Shown: positions 35,478 to 48,599, counted from the whole stretch's first letter. The stretch: DNA of 63,750 bases, filler included, from Olpidium bornovanus S191 (GCA_017911155.1; 27 parts of 27 records of this genome joined end to end with filler, not necessarily neighbours in it), one strand, 5' to 3'. A program made the numbers and translations. The notes: generated by a model not told the origin, from the sequence alone.

Positions 35478-37102
35478 TCACTCTCTATGAAACATGACGG
35501 GTGACGATACCGTCGAAGTGGGCGCGCTCCGTGACGTCGGTTCACCGCCGTTCAACAGCTGCTCCAGACAGGTAATAACTCCAGCCACGCCGGTGACGAA
35601 ATGGCCTGCCTTGGAGGACTTGGAACCGACGGTGCACGTAATCACCTGTTTCTGGGGTTTCTCCTCGCGGTACTTGTTGAGAACTGTCGACGGAGAGCAT
35701 AGTCGAAAATTCTTTTCATTTAGCAAAGCGGGGGGCAATGTGCTCTCGCGTCCCGGGCCATGAAAAGAGTTTATGATACGTACACTCAAACATGTCCTCA
35801 TCCGACCGGTCGTCTGCGCAAGTGAGAATCAGAATGTGAGCTCTTTATTAAATGCGTCCTGCAGGAAAAATCCCGATTTTCTCGCCCGGGGAAGCCGGAA
35901 GAGTCGGAGCCGGATATGTTACACAACTCACCGCCGATGGACAAAATAAACTCGACGTCGGGCTCGTGTTCCAGAACCCTCCTCCCCGCCACGCTCTTGT
36001 TCACGTTGCGTGGCATCACCTCGAGGTTCTTGTTCCCCGCCAGCACGTGGATCAGATAAACCGACCCCATCGAGTCCTCGATGTGATTCTGAAGCTCCGA
36101 GGCTTGCCAGGCGCTGGAGGACGGCAAGAGAGCGTCAAAAACAGGTGGCTAGGCCACTCAACGTCCTGACCCGCGCATGGGATCCTAAGCAACACGTGAT
36201 CACGAAACCACACGCACCCGTATGTCGGGTTGTCGACGTTCCGGTAATGCCACACCATTGCGACATCCTTCTGCTCGATGTAGCTCCCGGGAGTCCGTTC
36301 AGAATAGTAATCGAATATCTGGGCTACCTTCTCGCGCCACACAGTGTGTTGGGCGACCGAGAAGTCCGCTTCGTGTAGCGCAGTCCACGTTGCGTTTCCG
36401 GGGCGTTTCAGGAAACAGCCGTTTTCCCCCGACAGGCCCAGGCCCGGCACCACTGAGCCAAGGGTCTCGTCCAAATTGGCCTTGGTCCGCCCGGACATGA
36501 TGTACACCACGTTCCGCGGGTCGGCCACGAGCGCCCGGAGGATCGACACGAGCCGTGAGCTGGCCGGCAGCACGGGGTTCTTCGGCGTCCTCTCGTACAG
36601 CACCAGCGTGCCGTCGTAGTCCAAGAAAAAGCTTCACGGGCGGAAACCGCGTTCACGATGGTCGGCTGAATTGGTGAGTTACCGCAGTGTTTGGCGGCGG
36701 AGGACGCGCTTGAGTAACGGAAGAGAGCATCCCGACTCACATCCTTTTACGGGCCTTGGCGTAACTCCCGACGAAGGCCTTAGGCGCCAAAAATGGTATA
36801 TGGATGGAATATCGCCTCTGCACGTCCTCGTGTACTTTTGCCAACTCGGTAATGTAGCTGTTGACCCAGTGTTTTCCCGTGTTTGTGACAACATGGCGAT
36901 ACATCTCCTTCCACCGTTGCCGCTTTTCCACCTCGCCCATAGTGAGCGCGTCATGGATCGCATCAGCGACTTCGCGGTAGTCCCATGGGTTGACGCGCAG
37001 GGCGGCCCCGAAGCTCCCGTAGGTACCCGTGAACTCGGAAATCACCAACGGCGAATGCCGCCGGTCCTGACACACTACATACTCGTGCGATGTCAGGTTC
37101 AT
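35478..37102 (-). CDS. TPS2: Trehalose-6-phosphate synthase/phosphatase complex subunit, Tps2-like (end of GT20 domain plus HAD phosphatase domain); 5' partial
   Basis: MNLTSHEYVVCQ..SPLVISEFTGT..VNPWDY, FFLDYDGTL, VYIMSGR, GLSGENG, ERTPGSYIE..WHYRN, GNKNLEVMP, SIGDDRSDEDMF, TCTVGSKSSKA. The catalytic DxDGT motif is intact. Confidence 0.9.
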
Positions 37103-37204
37103 CCNNNNNNNNNNNNNNNNNNNNNNNNNNNNNNNNNNNNNNNNNNNNTTAATTAATTAANNNNNNNNNNNNNNNNNNNNNNNNNNNNNNNNNNNNNNNN
37201 NNNN

Positions 37205-38494
37205 CATGCACTTCTTGACGAGCGTGGCGTAGAAGCCGTACAGCAGCGCGCTCAGAATCGCCAGGCAGTCACCCAGCAAGCCCGACTCCTCTCCCTCGGA
37301 GTTACTCGCTGTGATCACCAGTACCACGCCCGTCAGGCTGATCACCACTGCGGCCAGCTTCCTCCACGAAAACGTCTCGGTTCTGACGAGTGTCCCTACC
37401 AGCAGGGTGGAGAGACCTGCGGTTTGGTGGGAGCAGACGCGCATGTTAGGAACGAACTTGTGGTGGGTGAAGCGGGCCTTCGCAGCACCCTCGGCCGACA
37501 CCGACCAGAAGTCGAGCTCAGGATGGACACGTTCGATACGGTCGTGTAGCGGTACGAGGCGTTCGCCGCCCAGTTCGCTGCAAACCACAGAACGCAGAAT
37601 TGGAACGCCAGCAGCGGGGTCTTCCGTAGTTGTCCACGCGGCGGCCTCGGAGTCAGAAAAGAAGGGTTTCCATTCTTCGCGCAGCCCAAACATGCTTCTC
37701 CCGCCTTACCTCTCCGAAAATAGTGCGCGGAAGCGCGGCCGCCGCTTGTTCCGTCGCAGCCGACAGCTGAGCGGCGCCCAAGCCGTTGCTTCCCTGCATG
37801 CCCGGAGAAAGCAGCCACTTCAACCGTCAGCGCACTGGAGAACGGCGGCGGCGTGTTTCGGCGACGGGCGGCAAAACGGCTTCGTCACCAACCTGCCCGG
37901 CTGCCGCATCCACTCCCGGCTCGGCAACCGTGCTGCACAGCGGGCGGGGACGTTTCACTTCAGCCCACCGGACGGCATCACCCCTGTCGGGCGCGCGAGG
38001 GCTGTTGACCGCAAGACCCAAAACCGGCTCTCACACGTTCTCGTCGGAAGCGGGCTTGGCGTAGTCGCGGTTGAACATTGCCAGAACAGGGTCCATAAGG
38101 CACTTCATTGCGAGCACCGCAAAGTTTAGAGAAAACGAGGCGGTGTTGAAGTAGGTGACGAGGAACTTAAAAGAAGTGCGGCCGCGAGCCGGAGCATCCC
38201 TACGGTTAGCCGAGAGACCTGGAGGCACGTTGGCCGCGGAAAAGGTGGGGGGGAGGGGGGGTGGAGGGTAAGGTGGGGGGAATCGCCTGGTCTCAAATGC
38301 GGAGCGCTGCTTGCAGGGGGCGGTGCTCTTTTCAACCCACTCACGGGCTTCGGTGAGTAGTACTCGTACACGCGTTTGGTGACGAACCCGGAGGCGACCC
38401 AGAGGACCACGACGAGCAGGACGCAGCCAAGGCCAAGCATGTGACGGAACGAGAACGCGGCGGTCGCGCGACGGACGAGCCCGCGCACCGGCAT
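37205..38494 (-). CDS. EamA/DMT-superfamily transporter, SLC35F5 / yeast Thi74-YML018C-like; 3' partial
   Basis: LGLGCVLLVVVLWVASGF, KP|FLVTYFNTASF, AFQFCVLWFAANWAANAS..TTVSNVSILSSTSG|LSTLLVG..ETFSWRKL..GDCLAILSALLYGFYATLVK. Confidence 0.85.
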
Positions 38495-38827
38495 CGTTGC
38501 GGCGGGGGAAGTGCGAGACGGACAGCGGCCCCTGTTGGGGGAGGAGGGTGGGCGAGGCCGTGCGCGGGGCGCAGGGCGCGGCAGCAGTTGCCAAACGAGC
38601 AAGGGCGACGAGGGACGACGAGAACCGACGAGTACGACGGCGACAAATGACCCCTCCTTCCGGCGAGTGTTGGCGGTCGGCAAAACGAAGCGTTTCCGGA
38701 CACGCGCGACGGTGCTGCGGGCGGACAGCGGCCGCGCGGTTTTTCGGAGCGCGCTGGTGGTGGCGGCGGGAGGGGGGGGGGTAGGTCGAGTCGGCGGCAG
38801 CGAAGCTTAATTTTTCACAACGGGGTT

Positions 38828-38837
38828 GTCACGTGAC
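38828..38837. promoter_or_regulatory. Palindromic GTCACGTGAC E-box (Cbf1/USF/CLEAR-type bHLH-ZIP site) about 330 bp upstream of the transporter ATG
   Basis: Exact 10-bp palindrome, also present at 26423 and 43018. Function is inferred only. Confidence 0.35.
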
Positions 38838-39226
38838 TGATGAGCGCTGCTGATGGGATTTTTTTATTTCGCCTACGCTCACAGGGGGGTCGCATTGGAT
38901 GTCTCCCGCGCCTCAATGTTTTGCCGTGAACCCGCACGCCGCCCCGGCTGCCGCTGCTGCTGCCGTTTGGCGCCAACAGACGCCCGCCGGCCGCCGCCCA
39001 TTGGGCCGGCCGTTTCTTGTCAAAATCGCTAGAGAGTGCGCAGGGAGACAGGAAAGGGGAATATGGGCTTTTTTGGCCTTTTTCAAGGCAGAATAGCTAC
39101 AGCGTGCTAAAAAAAAAAAAAAAAAANNNNNNNNNNNNNNNNNNNNNNNNNNNNNNNNNNNNNNNNNNNNTTAATTAATTAANNNNNNNNNNNNNNNNNN
39201 NNNNNNNNNNNNNNNNNNNNNNNNNN

Positions 39227-39598
39227 CATGTCCGCGACGTCGCGACTTCCCTCGGCGGCGACGCCGACCTCGACGCCAGGCGGAGAAGGCGCGAGCAGCG
39301 TCTCCGATATCGGCGCGCCCTCCTGACCGTTGGAGGGCGACCCTGACGCGACGACAGTCCTTCTCGAACCGATTCCGGCCAACCGCCGAGCGGTGGACCG
39401 AACGGGAAGCAGCCGGCACTCATAGTCCCATTTCCCCGGGGCCTCGTCGTTTCGCGACGAGGCGGGGACCGCCGCAGCAACGACTGACGCGTAGTTCGGC
39501 GAGGCCTTCGCCTCGGCGGCCACCGCGTCGGCGTTAAATCTCGGAGACTCCGAAAAGTAGGGCACGCTTGGTGACCGGCCGTGCACGGTGGCGGCCAT
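39227..39598 (-). CDS. Probable N-terminal exon of an unidentified protein (low-complexity, Ala/Ser/Pro-rich)
   Basis: The ATG at 39598 opens a frame with coding-like codon use that runs to the contig edge. No family recognised. Confidence 0.35.
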
Positions 39599-41092
39599 GT
39601 TGGAAGCCGGACGAGCGATAAAATTCTGCGGAGGCGGGACGCGGACAAGCGAGCGGCGAAGCGATGGAGAAAAAAAGGAAAAAAAGGTGAAACGCCGGAC
39701 GAACGCACGCAGGGCGGGGCGAGCGGGTTCGGGTCCGCCGCGGACGCACCCAGACACAGCACGGCAGACGGCACGGGAGCGTCGTTTGCGTCCTGACGTG
39801 CGGGGCACCAGCGGGCGTCAGGAAGGGGGGGAGCCGGGGTTAAGCGCGTGTCCGAGCGCAGAGCGGGAAGCAAATAGAAAAAGGGCGGGGGAAGAGACGA
39901 GAGAGCCGGAGAAGGGTTCAGAGGGCAAAAGCTGGATTTAAAAAGAAGGAAAAAAGGGGGCTCGACCGGGAAAGCGGACAAGATCCAGAGGACAAGGAGA
40001 GAAAGAGAAAGAGAGGGAGCTGGGCAGAGACAGAGAGAGAGCAGAGAGAGGGAGAAAGAAGGCGAGAGAGAGAGCAAAGACACAGAGGGAGCGGAAAGAG
40101 GGAGAAAGACAAAGAGAGCGGGAGTCGGAAAGAGATAGGACGAGATAAATTAAAACAGGCACGCAGCAGCAGGACGGGGACAAGAGCGCGCGCGCGCGTG
40201 AGAGAGCGTGTGCCAGGTCGGAAAAGCAAACGCAAAGCTGGCCAGAAGGGCGCGCGCAAGGGGAAGAAAGGGGGAAAAGGGTGACGGATCGTGTCCCGGC
40301 CGCCACCGCAAGCAGCGCGCGCGCGCGGGGCGTTCGGTCCTGTTTTTTTTTCCGTCGACGAAAAGGGCCAGACCCTTCTTTTTTTTTCTTTTTTTTTGCT
40401 GCGGGAATCGGGAGCGGGAGGCGGGGAAGAAAATTCCCGCAGCAAAATAAATAAAATAAAATAAAAAGGCACAGCAACCCGCAACCCCTACACCAAACCG
40501 GCGACCTTTTCTCTCTTCTTTGCGTCACCCGTCTCTCTCTCCCCTCTGCGTCCTCTCCGCTCCGCCCGCCGCCTCTTTCCCCGCCCCACTCCCGCCTCCC
40601 GATTTCTTCCCCACCTCTCTGGCTCTATCTTTTTCCCTCTCTCCGGGTCTGTGCTGTGCTCGCGTCTCGGACTGAAAGGCGCGTTTTCTTTTTCCCTTTA
40701 TTTCCCTTTTTTTCCCTTTTCGCGTCCCGTTGGGAGAGGGGAAGGCGCGGGCGGGCTTTGTGTTTAATTTTCTTTCTTGAGGGGAGGGAAACGGAAGAGC
40801 GCGAGAATGGAGGAAGAACGGGAAGGGAATGGCGGCAGGGCGAGAAACGCGACGGGGGAGAACGAGAGCGATGGAGGGAAAGATGAGGCGTGAGAAGTAA
40901 AAAAAAAGACATAATTTGCACACCGAAGATGCGCGTGACGTAAGTGTGTGCTTTTTCTTTTTTCTTGCGGCCGGCCCCCCCTTCCTCCCCACCGCGTTCT
41001 CCTTATTCTTTATTTTTCCCCGGCCGCCGGGCACGTTAGCGCTCTGCGTCCATTTCTCTTTCCCCCCCCCCCCCCCCCCCCCCCTCCCCCCC

Positions 41093-41150
<58 letters not shown>

Positions 41151-41250
41151 NNNNNNNNNNNNNNNNNNNNNNNNNNNNNNNNNNNNNNNNNNNNTTAATT
41201 AATTAANNNNNNNNNNNNNNNNNNNNNNNNNNNNNNNNNNNNNNNNNNNN

Positions 41251-41358
<108 letters not shown>

Positions 41359-42267
41359 CCCGCCGAAGTACTTTCGCTCGCCCGCCCGCTCCTCCCTCCG
41401 CACCGAAACGAGTAGCGACCGCCCCGGGCCCCGCCGCCCGTCTCTCCCCTCTCTCTGCTCGCCCCCCGGTGCCCAGCGGCAAAGGGAGCCCGCCATCCCC
41501 GAGGTTGCTTGAGCAGACAGAAAAAAGAAAGGCGGGCGGTTGTTTCGACGCCGCTCGACCACCCCACCCCCATTCTCAAACTCCCCCCTTACCCCGCCGC
41601 GCGTCGGACGGCCAAACGTCGCGGCAGGGATTGCCCAAACATTTTTTTCCCCCTTTTTCCCGCCATAAACCCACTCGTCGAGAAGAGACTTGCGTGTTTT
41701 TTTTTTTTTCTGACGCCGGTTTTGCTCTTCCCGTGTTTTCAAGTGTTTCGGTCGGCCCGGTGCAGCGCGTCTTATTGAGTTCCGCTTCTTTCCTCCGTGG
41801 TGCGGCCGCCGGGGGCTGGCGAAAGGGGGAAGAGGAGATTTCACGGCCTCGGGTTTTGAACCCGTGGTGTGATTATTCAGCCTTTGTTTTCGCCTGGAAA
41901 GAAAAGTGGCATTGCCCGAGTTGTCTTTCTCTCCCTACGGACGGGGCCCCTGCGAAAACTGCGCCGAGCAAACCAGAAAGCCCTGGCCAGCGCTTCTGTG
42001 AACCGCTTTCGTTTTTATTTCCTTTTTACTTTTGTTTTTTGTTTCTTTCCCGTCTCTCCGACCCGGCAGGCCTACCCTAACCCGCCGGCTGAAGTCCAAT
42101 GCCGAAAGCGGGTCAAGGTGCTTGCCGAAGAGCAAAAAAGAAAGGCAAAAAAAAGAAAAAATTTTTTGCCTTGATCTGTACAGCTGAAGACGCGCCGATC
42201 GAAGCGGTAGTCGGGCGCGACAGATATTGGCCAGACATTTTTCTTTTTGTTGTTTCCGGGCTTAGAG

Positions 42268-42304
<37 letters not shown>

Positions 42305-42554
42305 TTTCCCAGACTAGCAGAAAAGGCCCCCCCCCCGTCGTGCGGGCGATTGGGGCAGTTTTACGACCGCCGAGGTCGCGTCCCGGACTTGTCGAGTGCC
42401 GGAGGCAGTTTTTTGACCTACCCGGGTCGCAAGTCACGGCTCCGTGTCGGGAAGCCGCAGGCGGTTTTAAGGACCTACCCGGGTCCCTCGGCGGCCGGGG
42501 GGGCCGGCCAGAGGCAATCCGCCGCCTCCCACGTCGCTGTTGGTGTAGACAGTT

Positions 42555-42672
42555 TTACGTCCTGTCCAGGACGCAAGTCGCCATGAGGTTCCCAGAGCAA
42601 CCTCTGTCAATGAGGACTTCGACAGGCTTGTTGCACAGGAGCCCATTCGCCAGGAGGAGACTCCCCGTCGAG
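42555..42672 (-). mobile_element. Ty3/gypsy-like aspartic protease remnant
   Basis: Minus-frame translation GLLCNKPVEVLIDRGCSGNLM resembles the retropepsin motif VxVLIDSGAxxNF. A stop follows at 42555. Confidence 0.45.
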
Positions 42673-44199
42673 NNNNNNNNNNNNNNNNNNNNNNNNNNNN
42701 NNNNNNNNNNNNNNNNTTAATTAATTAANNNNNNNNNNNNNNNNNNNNNNNNNNNNNNNNNNNNNNNNNNNNAAGATGGACGGGGCGCGGAGCTTAGCGG
42801 GAATGCGGAAGGGCGGCAATACGGGAGGCAGTTGTGTTAGGCTCACGCGGAAGGGGCAAGGGCACAAGCCGAGCGGCCTGTTTCGACGAAGAGAGGCCGG
42901 GAGGGAGCCGAACCGGGCAGAACTCGAAGTGAGGAAAGCCAAGAGCGGAAAAGTGTGGCGTCACAAAGCTTATTTCGCGAGAGGGGCTGGGGAAAGCGGC
43001 GAAATACGAAAGGTGATGTCACGTGACATTCCCGTGATGGAAGATGGGAAGGCCGCGGAAAGAGAACCGAAATTCTTGCATTAAACCGCGCAATCAGTTC
43101 CTAAGCAAGGTGGACCTCTTGCGCGGGAGGGCGAATGTGGAAGATTTTCCAGGTGCGCTGACGGACTACGTGAGGAAGAAGGGGGCCGCGCGGATGGGAA
43201 CCAAGAGGAAGACGCGTCGAGAAGGAGGTGAGGCCGAAATATCGACTCATTTAGCCGCAGAACCGAGATGCGGGGAAGAAATAAAACGCGTGAACATGAC
43301 GCGTAGCGCGTTGGTGGAGAGAGAAAAACGGAGGCGGAAAAAGAGCGGCGACAGGGACTGCCGACTGGTATATAGGAACCTCGAGCGAGAGGAAGCAGGA
43401 ACAAGAAAGCGTAGTTAGCCCCACCGTCTCCTGGAGTGAGGACGCATTGGTCCGAGTTGTTTTAGCCCAGAGAGAGAGATAGAGGAATAGAAGACGTGAA
43501 CAAACGGAACGGAACCGGCGGATCCCCTGGGGAGTTCGAGAGAGAGAGAGAACGAAGCGGTTTCTCCCCTGACATTCGCATTTTCTCTTCAAGCCTGAGA
43601 GAAGCCTTGGGGCTTAACGACTGACTCCGCTTTCCGATTAAAGTACAAAACTAGTACAACATCGTGGGGGGGTGGGTTGTTGTAGTCCCGCTAGTTCCGT
43701 AGTTCCGTTATTTTCCTTCTGCCCCCCCCCCCCCTACTCCGCTTCAGCGCACGTTCCGCACACAATAAGACTCATAACAGTTCAAGATCGAGATTGAATT
43801 GTGGTTTTTGTGCCGTGGGGCTCTATCTTGGACTATGAAGTTTTTGGTCTTTTATAGGCGTGGCACCTTGACTGCTCGTAGGAGAGTCTCTCCTTCGTGA
43901 GCACAGCGTGTGCATGCGGGTGTGCGTGCGCGCGGGTGTGTGTGCGCGCGAATGTGTGTGCGCGCGGCTGTGTGTGCGCGCGGCCGTGGGTGCGTGCGGC
44001 TGTGGTGCGCGCGGCTGTGTGGGCGCGCCCTTGTATTGGCTCACCCCTGAGCATCGGAATCCCATGCGGGGGTTTCGTTCCATGCGTGTGGGCCACCCCT
44101 GGGAGCCGGGCACATCCGCGCCCACGTCGACGCACAGAGCGCATATCGTGACACAGGGGGAGAAAAGCAAAATACGCGAGTGAACAATGTAAACGCCAT

Positions 44200-44530
44200 G
44201 GTAGAAAATTGGACTTTTTTCCAAATAAAACAAGAATAAATGCTTTTCAACTCCTGAAGCCGGTAACGGCGGAAAAAGAGAATGAACTTGTTGACAAAGC
44301 AACCAGGCACTTTACAGAACAATACGCCGGAAAGGTGACTTGCCTTGTATCGGATCTTTATCTTTACAGGAAGGATTGTGTCAAAGCTGGACTAGTGAAT
44401 AGTTATATAATGGTAAATAACCAACTATCTAGGAAATGGACCATCAATACTTAGCATCTATACTTAGCCATTCTAGGCTTTATATAAGATCCATAATATA
44501 ATGCCTTACCTATATTGTGGACCAGTTGCC
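44200..44530 (+). mobile_element. Possible highly decayed copia integrase remnant
   Basis: AFQLLKPVTAEKENEL..VTCLVSD..CVKAGL..ALPILW loosely echoes AFxxFKxxxAExENQ..IKCLRSD..CxxxGI..LPxxLW. Weak, with many stops. Confidence 0.3.
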
Positions 44531-44725
44531 AATCAAGGCCATGNNNNNNNNNNNNNNNNNNNNNNNNNNNNNNNNNNNNNNNNNNNNTTAATTAATTAAN
44601 NNNNNNNNNNNNNNNNNNNNNNNNNNNNNNNNNNNNNNNNNNNCATGCAATTCTGATTTCCTGGAAAAGGCGACACGGCGTCGAACAAAACCCGGGCGAC
44701 ACCGAGTCTTCGGCCCTTATACGCG

Positions 44726-45823
44726 CTACAGAGAGCCTTTCCGCGGGAGCGTCTTTTGTCGAGAAGCAGATTTGTCGGAGGTTCCGAGCGATTTCGAAAT
44801 GGAAACGTGCTTTGGCTCCGGAGCCGGGAGCTGCTGGCATTTGGCTAAAAGCGTGGCCAGGTCCGTAACACCCAGAGGTTTCGCGAGGTAATATTCTGTT
44901 CTCAGGAGATCCCATTTGCATATGCCCGGGTGGGGGGAGTGGGGCCAGGGGGGAAAGAAATTTCGTTAGCACCTCCGGACAGGAACCTCCCAAAATAGAT
45001 TCCAGCAACGCTTCATCGGAAGGGGATCAAACCTGACTCACTTATTCCGAGGGACAGGCACATGAAAGATTCTTCCGCCGACTGTGAACCGGTAACAGCG
45101 ATGATTGTCGGTCTTACCTCTGGAGGGTAATTTCGCTTGATGGCGGCAGCGGTTTCGAAACCGTCCATTTCTCGGTGAAGATGAACGATAACGTGAGGAC
45201 CAGTTCAAAAAAAAAAAAATAAAATGGGGAAGGGGGAAGAAGGGGGGGAAGGGGGAGAAGCCGATTATAAACCTCAAGGGTGGAAAAAAAGCGGACGCGT
45301 GGAGTTGGCTTCCCTACCGGGCATGTGAAGATCCAAAAGCATGACGCTACGTCGCCCGGGAGTTCGGCCCCCTGTAAGAGCTGGAACCGCATAAATGTTT
45401 CAAATGCCGGCGGGCGATATTGATTGGAGCACTTACTCGACTGGTCCTCTGGCGAGTCTTTCCAGTGCGCCCTTTCCGTTGTTCGCGAGCTGACATTGGT
45501 ACCCGAGCTGTGCAGGCATTAGTTCCGGAGTAGAACGGGGTTTGCCACCGCATTACCGACATCAACATGTTACCATTTCCAACTGGCGAGATTGCGACTG
45601 TAGAATAACTGGGAGGGAGAGGAAGGAGGTGGGAGAGGGGGAGGGGAGACGGGAACCGGCGGGGTATCCCGGAGACGTTGAGCTTTTGCCAAAAGCAATG
45701 GGTTGAGGCACGTTCCTCACTCACGCCCCTTTACCTGGATTGTCGTCGACCAGCAGTATCCTGAGGGGATGATGCGTGCCCATCTCCGTCAGCAACGTAG
45801 GAAGAGATTTCTTCAGCATGCGC
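44726..45823 (-). CDS. C-terminal response-regulator receiver (REC) domain, probably of a hybrid histidine kinase; multi-exon, 5' partial; not captured by the ORF track
   Basis: Spliced: PLRILLVDDNP|..LGYQCQLANNGKGALERLARGPV|DVMLLDLHMP|EMDGFETAAAIKRNYPPEVRPTIIAVTGSQSAEESFMCLSLGI|KYYLAKPLGVTDLATLL..stop (TAG 44726-44728). The conserved DD, phosphoacceptor D, T and KP residues are all present. Confidence 0.85.
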
Positions 45824-46149
45824 NNNNNNNNNNNNNNNNNNNNNNNNNNNNNNNNNNNNNNNNNNNNTTAATTAATTAANNNNNNNNNNNNNNNNNNNNN
45901 NNNNNNNNNNNNNNNNNNNNNNNCATGTGATTTTTACCTGGCCCCAGTCGAAATCCCAGTTTCTCAAATTTACAACTGAGGATATCGTCTGGTTTGCACC
46001 TGTTCCTTCATTATCGGGTTTTCAAAGGGAATTACAATTTACCGCGTACGAATTATCCTCGAACCTGCAAAAATTTCTACGCCCCGGAACGTCTATGGAT
46101 TGCCGTGGGCGGGAATGTGAGCCTTGACAAAACCAGAAAACAGAAATAC

Positions 46150-47159
46150 TGCGTCAGATGAAAAAGCTTCCAAATGGACGGTACAATGACCTGCAGAAGA
46201 AGGAGACTAACACGTGTTGTGCCAGCACAACGTAGTTTTCAGCCAACCTGCTTCCTGGCCAAAGCTTGTACCTGGAAGCGGTAAGGATATTGATGAGGAG
46301 CTAATTCTGTTCAAAACATCGGGAAAAAAAAACTGCAAATGGAGACTAACAGAGTTCTTTCAACGCATCTGCGTCCAACGCAAGCCGTCCGAAGCAATCA
46401 CCCTGGGCCAGCAGCATTTTGTCGAACAGGCAATTACCCATTTCGACATTGAGTGCTGCTCCACAAAGAGGACTCGAATGGAGTCGTCTGTACGACTGAC
46501 ACCTCGTCGCCCAGACGATCCTGCCACGGACAGTCAGTTCTATCAAAAAATTGTCGGCGCTTTGCTTTACCTTGTGAATGCCACAAAGTCCGACATTGCC
46601 GACGCCGTGTCAAGGCTCGCTCGGTAGTCGGCAGATCCGCCAAAGGCGCACATGGTGCATCTGAAGCGGATCCTCAGGTACCTCACAGGTACCACTGATT
46701 ATGGATTGCGCCACTCCATGTCTACCAAGGCGATGAACCCCGCAAAACTCATTTCTTACGGTAGTTACATCCCAAGTAATGTGCGTCGTTTCGAGGAATA
46801 CACCGATGCAGGCCGGGCAAGAGATCATGATGATTGCAAGAGGCAGAACAAATATCTCTGGCTCCTTAGGGCCGCCGCGATCCTATGTGGCGCGATTAAG
46901 CGGAAATGCGTATCGTTCAGCTCGGTGGAGGACGAGAACACTGCGATGGAAATTCGGAGGCCGCCTGCACGGCATCTGGTTGCGTCACTTGCTCCTGGCG
47001 ATTGGTTGGCGCGGCGGGTCGATCCCGCTGTTCTGCGACAACACCGGCGCCGAATCGCTTGCTTGGCGCGAGCGGTTCAGGGCGTACGAAGCTCATCGAC
47101 GTACGTGCCGTGCCCACTTTTTTTGCGACGCCGTGGCGAAAGGCAAAATCAAGCTTTAG
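46150..47159 (+). mobile_element. Degenerate Ty1/copia reverse transcriptase / RNase H with stops and frameshifts
   Basis: FYQKIVGALLYLVNATKSDIADAVSRLAR, HLKRILRYLTGTTDYGL, YTDA, SFSSVEDE, LFCDNTGA, AHFFCDAVAKGKIKL. Confidence 0.88.
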
Positions 47160-48442
47160 CCCGGTGTTGGATGTCGGCGGGGAGCAGCGGGAAAGCGAGG
47201 CGCGGCGCAGGCGGGTGAGAAGTGACGGTTGTACTGGTTGCGGTTGTACCGGATGGTTGGAAGTGTTGGTTGTACTGGCGGTGGTTGTGCCGGATGGTTG
47301 TCGTGTTCCGTGCGTTCCCCACGCAATTTATGGAGAAGCCATGCAACAAAAGAACGCCCTCTCCGTCCCGGCGTCCGTTTCCCTGGTGCCTTCACTCTAG
47401 ACTCAACATTTTTTGACCCGTGCGCCAACCGCTACCCCTCTTCAGAAAGACAAAATATCTGGAATCTTTTTTATACATTTGTAAGAGCTGGACTTCCTCT
47501 ACAGCTAGTATAAAACAGGTTTGTGATTGACAAAGTTTTGGAAATTGGAAGGACCGTCAACCGATTTTTTATGGCGCCAAACCAGATTTAATACGTCAAA
47601 TTCACCGCGCATACCACACAACAATATTTTATAGGGCTCAATTTTTAAACTGATTGATTTTTTTTCAAACATATCAGGGAAGCTACCTAATCATCCTTGC
47701 GGATGCGTCGATGGGATTTGAACTTCTTTTCGGCACGTAGTTTTTTTCAGCTGCTTCTACTTCGTGTGCATCAAGACCATTTGCATATGCCTCGGATGTA
47801 CTGCCAAGTCTTCCGGGCAAAGCGTCGGATTTGGCTGAGAGGGATGTTGCCAAGAATTGTCCGAACCCAAATTACAAAGCCCTTTTTGTACGAGTAGTCG
47901 CATTGCTGACAAACAAGTCATTTGGCAGCACCCCAGAACCTGGCAAATCAGCAGCATTATATCACAACATTGTCAAGTTCAGAACAGGATAACCTACGTA
48001 CCTTGAAATTGCAAATCATTTGCAACTGTATTTGGGACACAGCATGAACACATGGCCCTGCTCCTCAACAGGCATCGCGATGGCTGCGGTCTGTTCTGAA
48101 AATTTGGCTGAACTGCAAGGAGATTTGTTGCGCAACAACACCCTTTCGTGCTCATCCTTCTTGCAATCAAGAGGGTAGCTTAGGATCCCAAAGGCCCCGC
48201 GCCTGTAAAATTTAAATCAAGGTGAAGCCAGTCAGCATACAACAGGCATACAGTGTTCAGAACAATCTGGATATCTTTGCACCATTCTCTTTTGATGCCT
48301 TTGAACGTCATAATCTCATTGTTCCCAGTTTGCTTGAGGGAGAAAAGAGGCTGTTAGATTTTTTGACCGTCGTTGATGTACCATCCATCACGGAAATTCC
48401 AGTCCAGCTTGATGGCTGGCTTCTGATTGAATGTCATCCTTG

Positions 48443-48556
48443 TGTAGTGTGCCTCGACGTCGACTGGCACGTGACCTGTATCTATATAACCAGTCAGCCC
48501 CCCGGGCACACTGAATAGACTCCGACCGTCCTTCTTCCTTCGAACGTATCACTACA
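48443..48556 (+). mobile_element. Probable 5' LTR (114 bp) of the retroelement whose Gag follows
   Basis: Perfect 7-bp inverted termini TGTAGTG..CACTACA, internal TATATAA, followed by AAG-TGGGG, a leader and Gag. Confidence 0.6.
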
Positions 48557-48599
48557 AAGTGGGGAATCCGAGGAAAAACCATCCCTCTTCGACCAGCTC

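Noticed and set aside
42776-43600. Purine-rich plus-strand ORFs, possibly a decayed transposon
   Set aside because: No Gag, RT, integrase or transposase motif that I can identify.
43678-43779. Candidate solo LTR (TGTT..AACA) or a Helitron-like hairpin with CTAG nearby
   Set aside because: Only 4-bp inverted ends, no target-site duplication and an atypical hairpin.
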